A stretch of DNA of 64,000 bases, from positions 704,001-768,000 of the forward strand of contig CAXWPH010000015.1 of NCBI GenBank assembly GCA_963666055.2, in the 5' to 3' direction. The stretch is from Acidobacteriota bacterium (GTDB taxonomy: Bacteria > Acidobacteriota > UBA890 > WLXD01). Both the position numbers and the translations under genes were made by a program. Positions 30,258-39,980 of the stretch are shown here, in pieces. Under the pieces are notes generated by a model that ran no database searches, was not told the DNA's origin, and was given only the letters and a program-made list of their open reading frames with translations. How positions within the stretch are numbered: the first letter of the stretch is position 1; the number at the start of each line of letters is the position of its first letter.

Positions 30258-31646
30258 GTGAGCGAACCCGCGACCCCGCCCGAGAACCGCCAACGGCGAA
30301 GCGAGGACATCATCAGAGCCAGCGCAGCAACACCCGTCCTGTTGGTGGCGATTGCCGCGGTCGCGGCCGGAGAGATTTCGACCAACAGCCACGCTCTGAC
30401 GGCAGCCGTCCGTGAGCCGCGCGAGCACAGGCTGCGTCGCCAGTTGGTCGTCGATCCGTCGGCGCTCGAGGCGCTGATCGCCAATCCCGCCGTCCGCGAC
30501 ATGCTCGCCACCGTGCGCCAGGGTGAGGTGGCGACCATCGAAGACCAGGTCGCCGTGTGTGAGATCCCAGCACCACCGTTCAACGAACAGGAGCGCGCAA
30601 CAGACTACGCTCGTCGCCTGCGCGAGGCCGGTATCCAGGGTGTTCGGACCGATGCGGTCGGCAACGTGATCGGCGAATGGACCGGCTCGGAACCGGGTCC
30701 GCTGGTCGTTCTGTCCGCGCACCTCGACACCGTGTTTCCGCCGGGCACGGACGTCACCGTGAGCCGCGACGGCCACTTGCTGAAGGGACCTGGTATCGTC
30801 GACGACTGTCGCGGGCTGGCGGTGGTGCTGGCGGTCGCAAGAGCATGGGTGGGAAGCGGGCTGAGGCCGCGCGGACGGCTCATATTCGTCGCCACGGTGG
30901 GTGAGGAAGGTGCTGGCAACCTGCGGGGGGTGCGTCACCTTTTCGAGGTCGAGCTACAGGACCAGATCGACGCGTTCATCTCCGTCGACGGCGCCGGCAG
31001 CACCGTCACCCACGGCGCGGTTGGCAGCCATCGCTACAAGGTCACTTACCGCGGGCCGGGTGGGCACAGCTTCGGGGCTTTCGGCATGCCCAACCCGATG
31101 CACGCCCTGGGGCGGGCGATCGCCAAGATCGCCGACTTCCAGGTTCCATCCGCGCCCAAGGTCACGTTCAGCGTCGGGATCCTGGAAGGCGGGACCTCGG
31201 TCAACTCGATCCCGTTCTCGGCCGCGATGTCGGTCGACATGCGCTCCCTCGACGTCGACGCGCTCGAGGAGATCGACGCTCAGTTCCACGCCGCGCTGCA
31301 GCAGGCTCTCGACGAAGAGAACACTCGCTGGGACAGCGACGTCGACCTCACTTACGATATCGAGGTCATCGGCATCCGCCCCGCTGGGCTACAGCCCGAG
31401 AGCGCCCCGATCGTGCGGGCGGCGCTTGCGACGGCGCAAGCAGTTGGCATCGATGCGCAACTCAACACCGCCAGCACCGACTCCAACATCCCGATCAGCC
31501 TGGGACTTCCGGCGGTCACCATCGATGGAGGAGGCCACGGCACCGGAGCCCACGCGCCCTCCGTGGAGACCTTCGATACGACCGACAGCTATAGGGGCTC
31601 GCAATGGGCCCTCTTGCTGACGCTGGCACTTGCCGGTGTCGAGTAG
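30258..31646 (+). CDS. M20/M25/M40 family metallo-hydrolase (start uncertain)
   Basis: IPAPPFNE, SAHLDTVFP, GPGIVDD, TVGEEGAGNLRG, GGHS, GGTSVNSIP, STDSN. Confidence 0.92.
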   Translation: MSEPATPPENRQRRSEDIIRASAATPVLLVAIAAVAAGEISTNSHALTAAVREPREHRLRRQLVVDPSALEALIANPAVRDMLATVRQGEVATIEDQVAVCEIPAPPFNEQERATDYARRLREAGIQGVRTDAVGNVIGEWTGSEPGPLVVLSAHLDTVFPPGTDVTVSRDGHLLKGPGIVDDCRGLAVVLAVARAWVGSGLRPRGRLIFVATVGEEGAGNLRGVRHLFEVELQDQIDAFISVDGAGSTVTHGAVGSHRYKVTYRGPGGHSFGAFGMPNPMHALGRAIAKIADFQVPSAPKVTFSVGILEGGTSVNSIPFSAAMSVDMRSLDVDALEEIDAQFHAALQQALDEENTRWDSDVDLTYDIEVIGIRPAGLQPESAPIVRAALATAQAVGIDAQLNTASTDSNIPISLGLPAVTIDGGGHGTGAHAPSVETFDTTDSYRGSQWALLLTLALAGVE

Positions 31647-31652
31647 AGCGCG

Positions 31653-33068
31653 GTGAAGCCGGCGGACGACAACGGCGCCGTGGCCAGGTGGCGGCTCGCG
31701 GCGGTGCTGGCCGTCGGCGCGGTCATCTGGGCGAGTCCGGCACCGGCGACACTGGACCCCCGAGCATGGCATCTGTTCGCGATCTTTCTTGCCACCATCG
31801 TCGCGGTGTTGATCGACGCGATGCCCATTCTCACTGCGTCGGTGCTGGCGATAGCGATCGCCGTGCTCAGCGGAACGCTGACGCCAACGGAAGCCTACTC
31901 CGGGTTCTCGCAGAGTTTCCTGCTGCTGTTGATCATCGCGTTCCTGGTGGCTCAGGCGGTGGTCAACTCGGGCCTCGGCCAGCGCATCGCCTATGCGATC
32001 ATCATCCGGCTGGGTCGATCGACGCTCGGACTCGCCTACAGCCTCATCATCACCGACCTCCTTATCGCCCCGGCGTTTCCATCCAACACGGCGCGGTCCG
32101 GTGTGCTCTACCCGATCCACTATGCGCTCGCTCGCCAGAGCGGCTCGCGACCCGAGGACGGCACCCAGGGTCACATGGGGAGCTTCCTCATGATGGCCGG
32201 CATGACGGGGCTAACAGTTTCGTCGGCGATGTGGATGACGGCAATGGCGGCCAATCCAGCCGGTGCCGGTATCGCCACGCAAAGTGGCATCCCGGTGAGC
32301 TTCGGCTCTTGGGCGCTGGCGGCGTCGGTGCCGTCGCTAGCGGCGTTGCTAATCGTGCCCTACCTGCTGTATCGGATCTTCCCGCCGGGAGTGAGACACA
32401 CTCCCGAAGCGCCGGCGGCGGCGGCCGAAGCGCTGCGCGCCATGGGTCCAATGTCGCGCCAGGAACGGATCACCGCGCTGACCTTCGCGGGCATGATTAC
32501 CGGCTGGGCACTGTCAGCCTCGCTGGGTATCAACACCGCGGCCATCGCTTTCCTCGGGCTCGGCGTGCTCATGTTGACGGATATATTCACGCTCGCCGAC
32601 CTCAAAGAACGCGGCGACGCCCTCGGCATTTATATGTGGTTCGCCATCATGTACACGCTGTCGACGCAGCTCAACGAGCTAGGCTTCATGTCGCTGGCTG
32701 CCGGCGGTATGGCCAGCCGACTCGAGGGCCTGCCATGGCCCCTGGTGTACGTCGCGTTGATCGTCACCTACGTGCTGATCCATTACCTGTTCGTATCGCA
32801 GACGGCGCACATGCTGGCGCTGTACGGAGTTTTCCTGAACGTTGGCCTACAGGCAGGCGTACCCGGCCCCCTTCTGGCGTACATGCTGCTGTTCGCCACC
32901 AACTTCTTCGCGGCGATCACACCACAGGGCTCGAGCGCCAACGCCATCTTTCTGAGCAGCGGCTACATCGAGCCGCGTCAGGTGTATCACTATGGTGGGC
33001 TGGTGACGCTCTTCAACCTGATCGTCTACCTCGTGGTCGGCACACCCTGGATCCTGTTGGTCACCTAG
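31653..33068 (+). CDS. DASS family dicarboxylate transporter (2-oxoglutarate/malate translocator-like)
   Basis: WHLFAIF, GLGQRIA, APAFPSNTARSG, TAMAANP, HYLFVSQTAH, ITPQGSSAN. Confidence 0.92.
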   Translation: MKPADDNGAVARWRLAAVLAVGAVIWASPAPATLDPRAWHLFAIFLATIVAVLIDAMPILTASVLAIAIAVLSGTLTPTEAYSGFSQSFLLLLIIAFLVAQAVVNSGLGQRIAYAIIIRLGRSTLGLAYSLIITDLLIAPAFPSNTARSGVLYPIHYALARQSGSRPEDGTQGHMGSFLMMAGMTGLTVSSAMWMTAMAANPAGAGIATQSGIPVSFGSWALAASVPSLAALLIVPYLLYRIFPPGVRHTPEAPAAAAEALRAMGPMSRQERITALTFAGMITGWALSASLGINTAAIAFLGLGVLMLTDIFTLADLKERGDALGIYMWFAIMYTLSTQLNELGFMSLAAGGMASRLEGLPWPLVYVALIVTYVLIHYLFVSQTAHMLALYGVFLNVGLQAGVPGPLLAYMLLFATNFFAAITPQGSSANAIFLSSGYIEPRQVYHYGGLVTLFNLIVYLVVGTPWILLVT

Positions 33069-33167
33069 AAGCAAGCGCGGCAGGTGCTGCGAGCGAGCTT
33101 TCTTTCGACACGTCACGCGACTAGAGTCGATTTTCTCGTCGCCGCAAACCAGCTGGGATAGAGCAAC

Positions 33168-33277
33168 ATGGTCACTACAGGCACATCAGGGAACGGCCGG
33201 TCGAGCGAAGCACCACGGCTGCGCAACTTCATCGGCGGCAAGTGGGGCGTGAGCGCGTGGTGATCACGCGCTGGTAG
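33168..33277 (+). pseudogene. Remnant of an aldehyde dehydrogenase, probably methylmalonate-semialdehyde DH (N- and C-termini only)
   Basis: ATG 33168 gives ...RLRNFIGGKW (ALDH N-terminus), abutting ERVVITRW* in another frame (MmsA-type C-terminus); upstream of a class III aminotransferase. Confidence 0.6.
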
Positions 33278-33415
33278 CACCACCCCAGGATGTGCCAGAG
33301 TACGAACCGTCGGACCCATCGATCGACCGATTCTGATCTGCAGACGGCTTGATCGCGACGGTTCGAGCTACGTGTTCCCACCGCGCCAGCGGTGTACCTA
33401 CGAGGCCAGACTACG

Positions 33416-34750
33416 ATGAGCGAGACCGGGTCGGCAGTGATGGCAAGTGCCTCCGCTGAGGCGCACGATGCGCAGCGCGACTACCTGTTCCCCTGCGTTT
33501 CGACCCTCTACACCGAGCCCCTGGTCATGGCCGAGGCGCAGGGCGTGCGGGTAAAGGATGTCGAAGGCAACGAGTACCTCGACATATTCGCAGGCATCCT
33601 GACAACCTCGGTCGGGCACTGCCATCCGGAGGTCACAGCCGCCACCAAGGCGCAGATCGACAAGCTCGGGCACACATCGAGCCTTTACATTACGGATCCG
33701 CAGATCGACGCTGCACGTCGGCTGGCGGAGATCGCGCCCGGCGCTCTCCGCAAGTCGTTCTTCACCAACAGCGGCACCGAGGCGATCGAGACCGCGATCA
33801 TGCTGGCCTGCATGTACACCGGGCGAAGCGAGATCATGGCGCTCCGACTCGCCTACTCTGGCCGGAGCATCCTCGCCACCAACGTCACCGGCCACGCCGC
33901 CTGGCGACCGCTGAGCAGCTCGCTACCGATCAAGCACGCGCTGGCACCCTATCCGTACCGTTGTCCGTTCAAGTCGCCCTGCGACGAAAGCTGCGTCGAC
34001 AAGTTCGCCAACGATCTCGAAGAGGCGATCGTCACCACCACCAGCGGCAAGCCGGCGGCGTTCATCGCCGAAACCATCCTCGGCCTTGGCGGCTACATCG
34101 TGCCGCCGCCAGGCTACTTCCAACGGGCTGCCGAGATCATCCGATCGTATGGCGGAGTATTCATCTGCGACGAGGTGCAGGCGGGATTCGGACGTACCGG
34201 CGATAAGTGGTTCGGGATCGAGCACTGGGACGTCGAGCCCGACATCATGGTGATGGCCAAGGGCATCGCCAATGGACAACCGGTCGGCGCCACCATCACG
34301 CGTGACGAGATCGCCGACGCCTGGACCGCCAAGACCATCTCAACGTACGGCGGCAACCCGGTGAGCATGGCGGCAATGGCAGCGACCCTCGATGTTCTAC
34401 GCCGCGAAGATGCGCCGTCGAACGCCGCGGCACGGGGACGCGAGCTGCGCGCCGGCCTCGATGCGCTGGCTGAGCGCCATGAATGGATCGGCGAGATCCG
34501 TGGCATGGGTCTGATGCAGGCGCTCGAGCTGGTCGAGGACCGTGAGTCCAAGACCCCGAGCCCTGAAAAGGGCCAGGCACTGCTCGAGGCTGCTAGGCAG
34601 GAAGGACTGCTGATCGGGCTCGGTGGCCAGCACGGCCACGTCATCCGCCTCGGCCCCTCGTTGCTGATCACCGAAGACGAGACCACGGAAGCCCTACAAC
34701 GGCTCGAGAGAGCCTGCGACCGCGTCAGCTCCGGGGGCTCCGGGGTTTAG
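33416..34750 (+). CDS. Class III PLP aminotransferase (AGXT2 / beta-alanine-type)
   Basis: GNEYLDIFAG, VGHCHP, FFTNSGTEA, DEVQAGFGRTG, PDIMVMAKG, TYGGNP, EIRGMGLM. Confidence 0.95.
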   Translation: MSETGSAVMASASAEAHDAQRDYLFPCVSTLYTEPLVMAEAQGVRVKDVEGNEYLDIFAGILTTSVGHCHPEVTAATKAQIDKLGHTSSLYITDPQIDAARRLAEIAPGALRKSFFTNSGTEAIETAIMLACMYTGRSEIMALRLAYSGRSILATNVTGHAAWRPLSSSLPIKHALAPYPYRCPFKSPCDESCVDKFANDLEEAIVTTTSGKPAAFIAETILGLGGYIVPPPGYFQRAAEIIRSYGGVFICDEVQAGFGRTGDKWFGIEHWDVEPDIMVMAKGIANGQPVGATITRDEIADAWTAKTISTYGGNPVSMAAMAATLDVLRREDAPSNAAARGRELRAGLDALAERHEWIGEIRGMGLMQALELVEDRESKTPSPEKGQALLEAARQEGLLIGLGGQHGHVIRLGPSLLITEDETTEALQRLERACDRVSSGGSGV

Positions 34751-34754
34751 ATCG

Positions 34755-34925
34755 TTGATCGCGGGAATGCCCTGGAGCGCCTGGGTGCTGCTTGTGGTGG
34801 CCGTGGGCACCGGGTTGACGGTGGAACTGGTGCACTACCGACGTGGGCGAAGCCGCCGCGGCGACCAGGGCCGCGGCATTGCTGACAGCGACCAGGGCCC
34901 CGACGCTACCGACCGGGGAAATTGA
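34755..34925 (+). CDS. Small single-TM accessory protein upstream of SSS transporter (not in ORF track)
   Basis: (M)IAGMPWSAWVLLVVAVGTGLTVELVHYRRGR..., 56 aa, filling the gap and ending 1 nt before the symporter TTG. Confidence 0.55.
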   Translation: MIAGMPWSAWVLLVVAVGTGLTVELVHYRRGRSRRGDQGRGIADSDQGPDATDRGN

Positions 34926-34926
34926 G

Positions 34927-36399
34927 TTGGCGTTCGCCACCATCATCACCGTCCTGGGCGTTTATCTCGCCGTCCTGCTCGGCCTCGGCTGGTGGGCCGG
35001 CCGCGGATCGGGCAGCGTGGCGGGGTACTACGTCGCCGACAAACAGCTGCCCTCGTGGGTCATCGCCTTCAGCTCCAACAGCACTGGAGAGAGCGCCTGG
35101 CTGCTGCTCGGCCTCACCGGCATGGGCTATACCATCGGCATCCACTCGCTGTGGATCATCTTCGGTGAGGTCCTCGGGGTGGCTCTCGCCTGGACGCTGG
35201 TAGCAAAACCGTTCAAGGCCTGGACGGATCGCTACGACTCGATCACCGTGCCCGACTATCTGGAGGCGCGGTTCCGCGACTCCAGCCACGTGATCCGCTG
35301 GCTCAGCCTGATAATCATCGTCAGTATGGTCACCGCATACACCGCCGCCCAGCTCACCGCGGCCGGCAAGGCGTTCGCGTCGTTCCTCGACACCAGCTAC
35401 GTCGTCGGCGCCCTCATCGGGGCGGCGGTTGTTCTGTACTACACCATCGTCGGCGGCTTCAAAGCGGTCGCCTATAGCGACCTGTTTCAGGGCATATTGA
35501 TGCTCGGCGGATTGCTGGCGCTACCGTTTGTAGCAATGTCGGCCGCCGGCGGCTGGACCGCGACCATGACGCAACTCAACGCCACCGATCCGGCGTTGTT
35601 GCGGCCGATGGGCAGCTACGGAATGAGCATCGAGGGCTTCGTGTCGGCGATCGGCTTCATCGGCATCGGTCTCGCGTTCCTCGGCGCACCGCAGCTGCTC
35701 AGCCGGTTCATCGCCGCTCGCAGCCGGCGCGACATCCACGAGGGAGGGCTGATCGCGGTGCTGTGCATCATCGTCTTCGACCTCGGAGCGGTGTTCGCGG
35801 GCATGGCCGGCCGGGTGATCTTCCCGGTGCTCGACGATCCCGAGACAATCTTGCCGATGATGACATCGTCGTTGATGCCGGCGCTATTCACCGGCATCTA
35901 TCTGGTAATCGTGCTCGCCGCCATCATGTCGACCGCGGACTCGCTGCTGATCATGGCCTCGGCAACGGTGGTACGCGACATCGTGCAGCGCATCTACCGG
36001 CCGCACGAGACCGATCGGCGGCTAGCACTGTATGGCAGAGCCACGACGGCATTGATCGGCATCGTTGCGTTGCTATTTGCGCTCGGAGAGGTGCGCGTCA
36101 TCTTCTGGTTCGTGCTGTTCGCATGGTCGGGGCTGGCGTGTGCCTTCACCCCGGTGGTGTTGTGTTCGCTGTACTGGAAGCGGACGACCCGCGCCGGTGC
36201 CATCGCCGGCATGATCGGCGGCTTCCTGACCGCCATCGTTTGGGTGCTGGCGTTCAAGCCGTATACCTACGACCTGTACGAGATGATCCCGGGCTTCTTC
36301 GTCGGCTTCCTGCTCACCATCGGGGTCAGTCTGGTCACCGAGCCGCCTGAGGGAGCCGCAGAAGAGTTTGACGCCGTCTGGCGGCAGCTGAGCCAATGA
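34927..36399 (+). CDS. Sodium/proline-type symporter (PutP family)
   Basis: GESAWLLLGLTG, TVPDYLEARF, YTIVGGFKAVAYSD, GAPQLLSRF, AAIMSTADS, WSGLACAFTP, YEMIPGF. Confidence 0.92.
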   Translation: MAFATIITVLGVYLAVLLGLGWWAGRGSGSVAGYYVADKQLPSWVIAFSSNSTGESAWLLLGLTGMGYTIGIHSLWIIFGEVLGVALAWTLVAKPFKAWTDRYDSITVPDYLEARFRDSSHVIRWLSLIIIVSMVTAYTAAQLTAAGKAFASFLDTSYVVGALIGAAVVLYYTIVGGFKAVAYSDLFQGILMLGGLLALPFVAMSAAGGWTATMTQLNATDPALLRPMGSYGMSIEGFVSAIGFIGIGLAFLGAPQLLSRFIAARSRRDIHEGGLIAVLCIIVFDLGAVFAGMAGRVIFPVLDDPETILPMMTSSLMPALFTGIYLVIVLAAIMSTADSLLIMASATVVRDIVQRIYRPHETDRRLALYGRATTALIGIVALLFALGEVRVIFWFVLFAWSGLACAFTPVVLCSLYWKRTTRAGAIAGMIGGFLTAIVWVLAFKPYTYDLYEMIPGFFVGFLLTIGVSLVTEPPEGAAEEFDAVWRQLSQ

Positions 36400-37622
36400 G
36401 CCAGTTGCCCACCTGCGGAGGCTGGGCCTGGCTCATCGTAGTGATCGTGACAGTCGCCATCAGCGCAACAGCGACCACGCCTGACGCCGTTGCAGCGCCT
36501 CAGCAAGACCCGCGAGCTCGAGACCTCGGCATTCCCTTCTACGGCGAGCCGGGCCCGAGCAACGCAATCACCGATGTCGGCGACGTCGAGGTGGGACACG
36601 TCACCCTGATCCGTGGTGACGGCCCCCTGTCGGTCGGCGAGGGGCCGGTGCGTACCGGAGTCACGGCAATCCGACCGCGTGGCCGACAGAGCGAGCCGGT
36701 GTTCGCCGGTTGGTATTCGCTCAATGGCAACGGCGAGATGACCGGAACGACCTGGATTGAGGAGTCCGGCGTTCTGGAAGGCCCGGTGATGATCACCAAC
36801 ACGCATAGCGTCGGAGTGGTGCGCGACGCGGTGATCGACTGGCTAGTACGCGCTGGCCACGGCCGCCAACCCTGGGCGCTGCCGGTGGTTGCCGAAACCT
36901 ACGACGGCTTCCTCAACGACATCAACGGGTTTCATGTGCACCGCGAGCACGTCTTCGAGGCGCTCGGCAAGGCGCACGGTGGGACCGTGTCCGAGGGCGC
37001 CGTGGGCGGCGGCACTGGAATGATCTGCCACGGCTTCAAGTGCGGTATCGGAACGTCCTCCCGCTCGGTGGAGATCCAAGGCCGGCGCTACATGCTCGGG
37101 GCGCTGGTGCAGGCGAACTACGGACGCCGCGACGACCTGATGATCGCCGGCGCACCGATCGGCCGCGAGATTGCCGACCTGCGACCGCGCCCCGGCGCCA
37201 CCAGCGCCGATGCCGAGGCGCTCGGCATACCCGGCGACCGCGACTTCGGTTCGATCATCGTGGTGATCGCAACCGACGCGCCACTGCTGCCCTATCAGCT
37301 CAAGCGCATAGCGCGGCGAGTGCCACTCGGCATCGCCCGGATGGGCGGTATGGCGGGCAATGGCTCTGGCGACATCTTCGTCGCCTTCTCCACCGCCAAC
37401 CGCGGCGCCGCCGGAAATAGCGACGCAAGTACTGTCGAGCTGCTGCCGAATGGGTGGCTGACGCCGCTATTTCAGGCCACGGCGTACGCCGTGGAGGAAG
37501 CGATTACCAATGCGCTCGTCGCCGGCACCATGATCGTCGGCCGGGACGACAACACCGTGTATGCGCTTCCACACGAGCGACTACGCGACGTGTTGCGACG
37601 CTACAACCGCCTGCGCCAGTAA
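36396..37622 (+). CDS. dmpA: P1 (S58) family aminopeptidase DmpA, secreted
   Basis: RARDLGIP, NAITDV, NGNGEMTG, PVVAETYDG, GGGTGM, autocleavage GSII, GSGDIFVAFST, VEEAI. Confidence 0.92.
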   Translation: MSQLPTCGGWAWLIVVIVTVAISATATTPDAVAAPQQDPRARDLGIPFYGEPGPSNAITDVGDVEVGHVTLIRGDGPLSVGEGPVRTGVTAIRPRGRQSEPVFAGWYSLNGNGEMTGTTWIEESGVLEGPVMITNTHSVGVVRDAVIDWLVRAGHGRQPWALPVVAETYDGFLNDINGFHVHREHVFEALGKAHGGTVSEGAVGGGTGMICHGFKCGIGTSSRSVEIQGRRYMLGALVQANYGRRDDLMIAGAPIGREIADLRPRPGATSADAEALGIPGDRDFGSIIVVIATDAPLLPYQLKRIARRVPLGIARMGGMAGNGSGDIFVAFSTANRGAAGNSDASTVELLPNGWLTPLFQATAYAVEEAITNALVAGTMIVGRDDNTVYALPHERLRDVLRRYNRLRQ

Positions 37623-37664
37623 GCCACGCCTGATCGGGTCGGCGGGCCAGAGCAGCGCGCGGAT

Positions 37665-38750
37665 TCAGGCCGCCTCGCGTGGCTTACGTAGCGTCTCGAG
37701 AGCCAACAGGGCGCGGCGTTTGGCGCGCTTGACCACATCGAGACCAGCCAACGCCAGCCGCCCGACGTTGCTACAGGGGAGCAGCGCCTTGGCCACCGGA
37801 ACCCGGTCGCGCCAGTAGGAACCGATGAACGACTTGGCGTTGGCGCCGCTCTCAGCAAACACTAGCTCGGGGCTCGCGAGGAAAAGCCGCACTTCTTGAA
37901 CGGCGTTCAGCAATCCGGGCGAATACTCGCCGTAGGCGGGATCGAAGGCAACCTTGAAACCGCACAACGTCATGCCCTCGACGAGGCTCGCGCACATGGC
38001 AGCGGCAACACCATCGATCCGAACCTCGGTGTAGAACAGGTCGGCGCGATGACCGTAGGCGTTTGTCAGTTCATCGAAGAACTCCACATCAGCGGCGCAG
38101 CAGGCGAGCGCTGAGCCACGCTCGCCCTTCCAGCCGGAAGCCTCCATCTACATGAACTGCGACGCCCAGTCGGATCCCTCGTCGAGGGATCGATGTTGCC
38201 GCACCTCAACCTCAGCGACCCGGTTCAGGGCCCGCCATTGCCGCCGATAGTTCTTGCGGCGTTTCGCCGACAGCGACGCCAGATACTCATCGAACGACCC
38301 GCACCGACGCAGCACCGGACGCGGGAATCCATACCGAATCAGCGGCGTGGCGTGGCGCGCCGATGGGACTCGGTCCACGACATCCCAGGTCAGCGAGTCG
38401 ACACCGACGAGCGGCAGCACCACCAGGTCGATCGCCGGCGCCGCATCCTCGACCCAATCCCACATCGCGGCGATGGCCTCGGCAGCGAAGTCGCGCTGCA
38501 GCAGCGGCTGCGAGAGATACGAATGTGGCGTGCTCCAGAAGCTGACCGTGCGGAGCCGGCCTTGGGTGTGTGGCACCGGGACCTCGAACGGTGCACAGCC
38601 AATGAGCTGCTTGCGCGCCCCGTCGACCTGATAGACGAACACGAGCTTGAACGGTCGCATCGGGTAACTACGCAAACCGGCGTGGCACCGCCGACAAATC
38701 TCTACTTTGCCCGAGTGGAACAATCCGGTGGCTTGGAGCTTGCCGAACAT
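37665..38750 (-). pseudogene. GNAT (CelD/BcsL, Acetyltransf_6) family gene interrupted by in-frame TAG at 38148-38150
   Basis: SFDEYLASLSAKRRKNYRRQWRAL...QFM-TAG-MEASGWKG...FKVAFDPAYGEYSPGLL in one frame; 5' end looks degraded. Confidence 0.75.
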
Positions 38751-38803
38751 GCCAGCATGGAGCCTGGAGTGGACGGGCTGCAGCCGCCCGGGAGAATGGA
38801 AAC

Positions 38804-39204
38804 ATGCACAATTGGCGTCGTGACAAGCACATCCTGGTCGATGAGGCCGAACACAACATCGGCATCGGCGTGGTCAGGTCGCTCGGCCAGGCCGGCTACC
38901 GAGTCACGGCCTGTTCATCCGATCCGGATGCCCTGGGCTTCTCCTCCCGTTTCGCAACGCGCACTGAAGTGTGTCCCAGCCCGTTTCGTCGCCAGGCCTT
39001 CCTGAGTTGGCTCGACGACACCATCGAAGCACAGCGCATCGACGCCATCATCGCCACCGAGGGCCTGCGGATCTCTTGTACCCCGGCGATCGGCACCTCT
39101 ACTGGAAGGCTCTGCAGCGGTACCTGAGGGAAATGCTGGGCTCACTGCCCGGTCGGCTGCGGCGCCGACAAACAACCGGAGATCAAGCATGCGTCGAGGG
39201 TTAG
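38804..39204 (+). pseudogene. Internally deleted ATP-grasp (carboxylate-amine ligase-like) gene
   Basis: GIGVVRSLGQAGYRV...ALGFSSRF...IDAIIATE is a typical N-terminal domain. It stops abruptly and no ATP-grasp core follows. A C-terminal-like DLLYPGDRHLYWKAL tail follows in another frame. Confidence 0.6.
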
Positions 39205-39980
39205 CCAGGCTGATGCGCCAGCTACAATCATTGGCCCCGACCCTGGCGTTGATGTACGTGCCAGTCTTCGGGTTGATGGGTGCGGCGTTGGTGGTGAGCT
39301 TCTACACCGATACCACGCTGGCGGAATTTACCCGGGATCCGGCAGCCAGCACCGGCGCTCACCCGTTGCTCGGCGTGGTATCGAACATCGGCGTGCTCTG
39401 CTGGTGCGCTGCCGCCGCGATGTGCTTCCTGGGCGCCGCCGTATTGCACCGCCAAGGTTCTAGCACCCCGCTCCGTCCTTTCCTTGCCACTGCCGGCCTG
39501 CTGACCAGCGTCCTGCTGGTCGACGATCTGTTCATGCTGCACGACTCCGTAATCTACGGCCTGCACATGGACGAGAAGTTGCTGTTCGGCGTCTACGGAA
39601 TCATGGTTGCGGCATTTCTGGTCCACTTCCGCGCCGTCATCCTGGCCAGCGAGTTCCTCCTGCTGGGACTGGCGCTGAGCTTCTTCGCTCTTTCGCTGGC
39701 GGTCGATGCGCTGGCGCCGGAGACCCTTCCGATACAGGACCTATACGAAGACGGAGCCAAGCTCCTCGGCATCGTCAGCTGGCTCGGCTACTTCTGCACA
39801 ACTTCGTTGGAGGCGCTGGCCCCTCGCCACGCTAGCGCTGCCGCCCACCTCGGCGACGCGGCTTCCTCTTCGGACGCTCGCTACGACGAGCATCCTCACC
39901 GGCCGGCGCGGGGTCCAGCGCTACCGGCTCACCGAGCGGTGCATGCAGGCTTTCCTGGTAGTAGTCGTCCAGGAGCATAG
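39189..39980 (+). CDS. Hypothetical multi-pass membrane protein
   Basis: FTRDP, GVVSNIG, LLVDDLFMLHD, EDGAKLLGI; about 6 TM helices. Tail overlaps the helicase 3' end. Confidence 0.75.
   Translation: MRRGLARLMRQLQSLAPTLALMYVPVFGLMGAALVVSFYTDTTLAEFTRDPAASTGAHPLLGVVSNIGVLCWCAAAAMCFLGAAVLHRQGSSTPLRPFLATAGLLTSVLLVDDLFMLHDSVIYGLHMDEKLLFGVYGIMVAAFLVHFRAVILASEFLLLGLALSFFALSLAVDALAPETLPIQDLYEDGAKLLGIVSWLGYFCTTSLEALAPRHASAAAHLGDAASSSDARYDEHPHRPARGPALPAHRAVHAGFPGSSRPGA

Noticed and set aside
39832-39980. 149-nt convergent overlap between the membrane protein and the DEAD helicase
   Set aside because: Both tails are low-complexity; likely stop-codon drift rather than functional dual coding.
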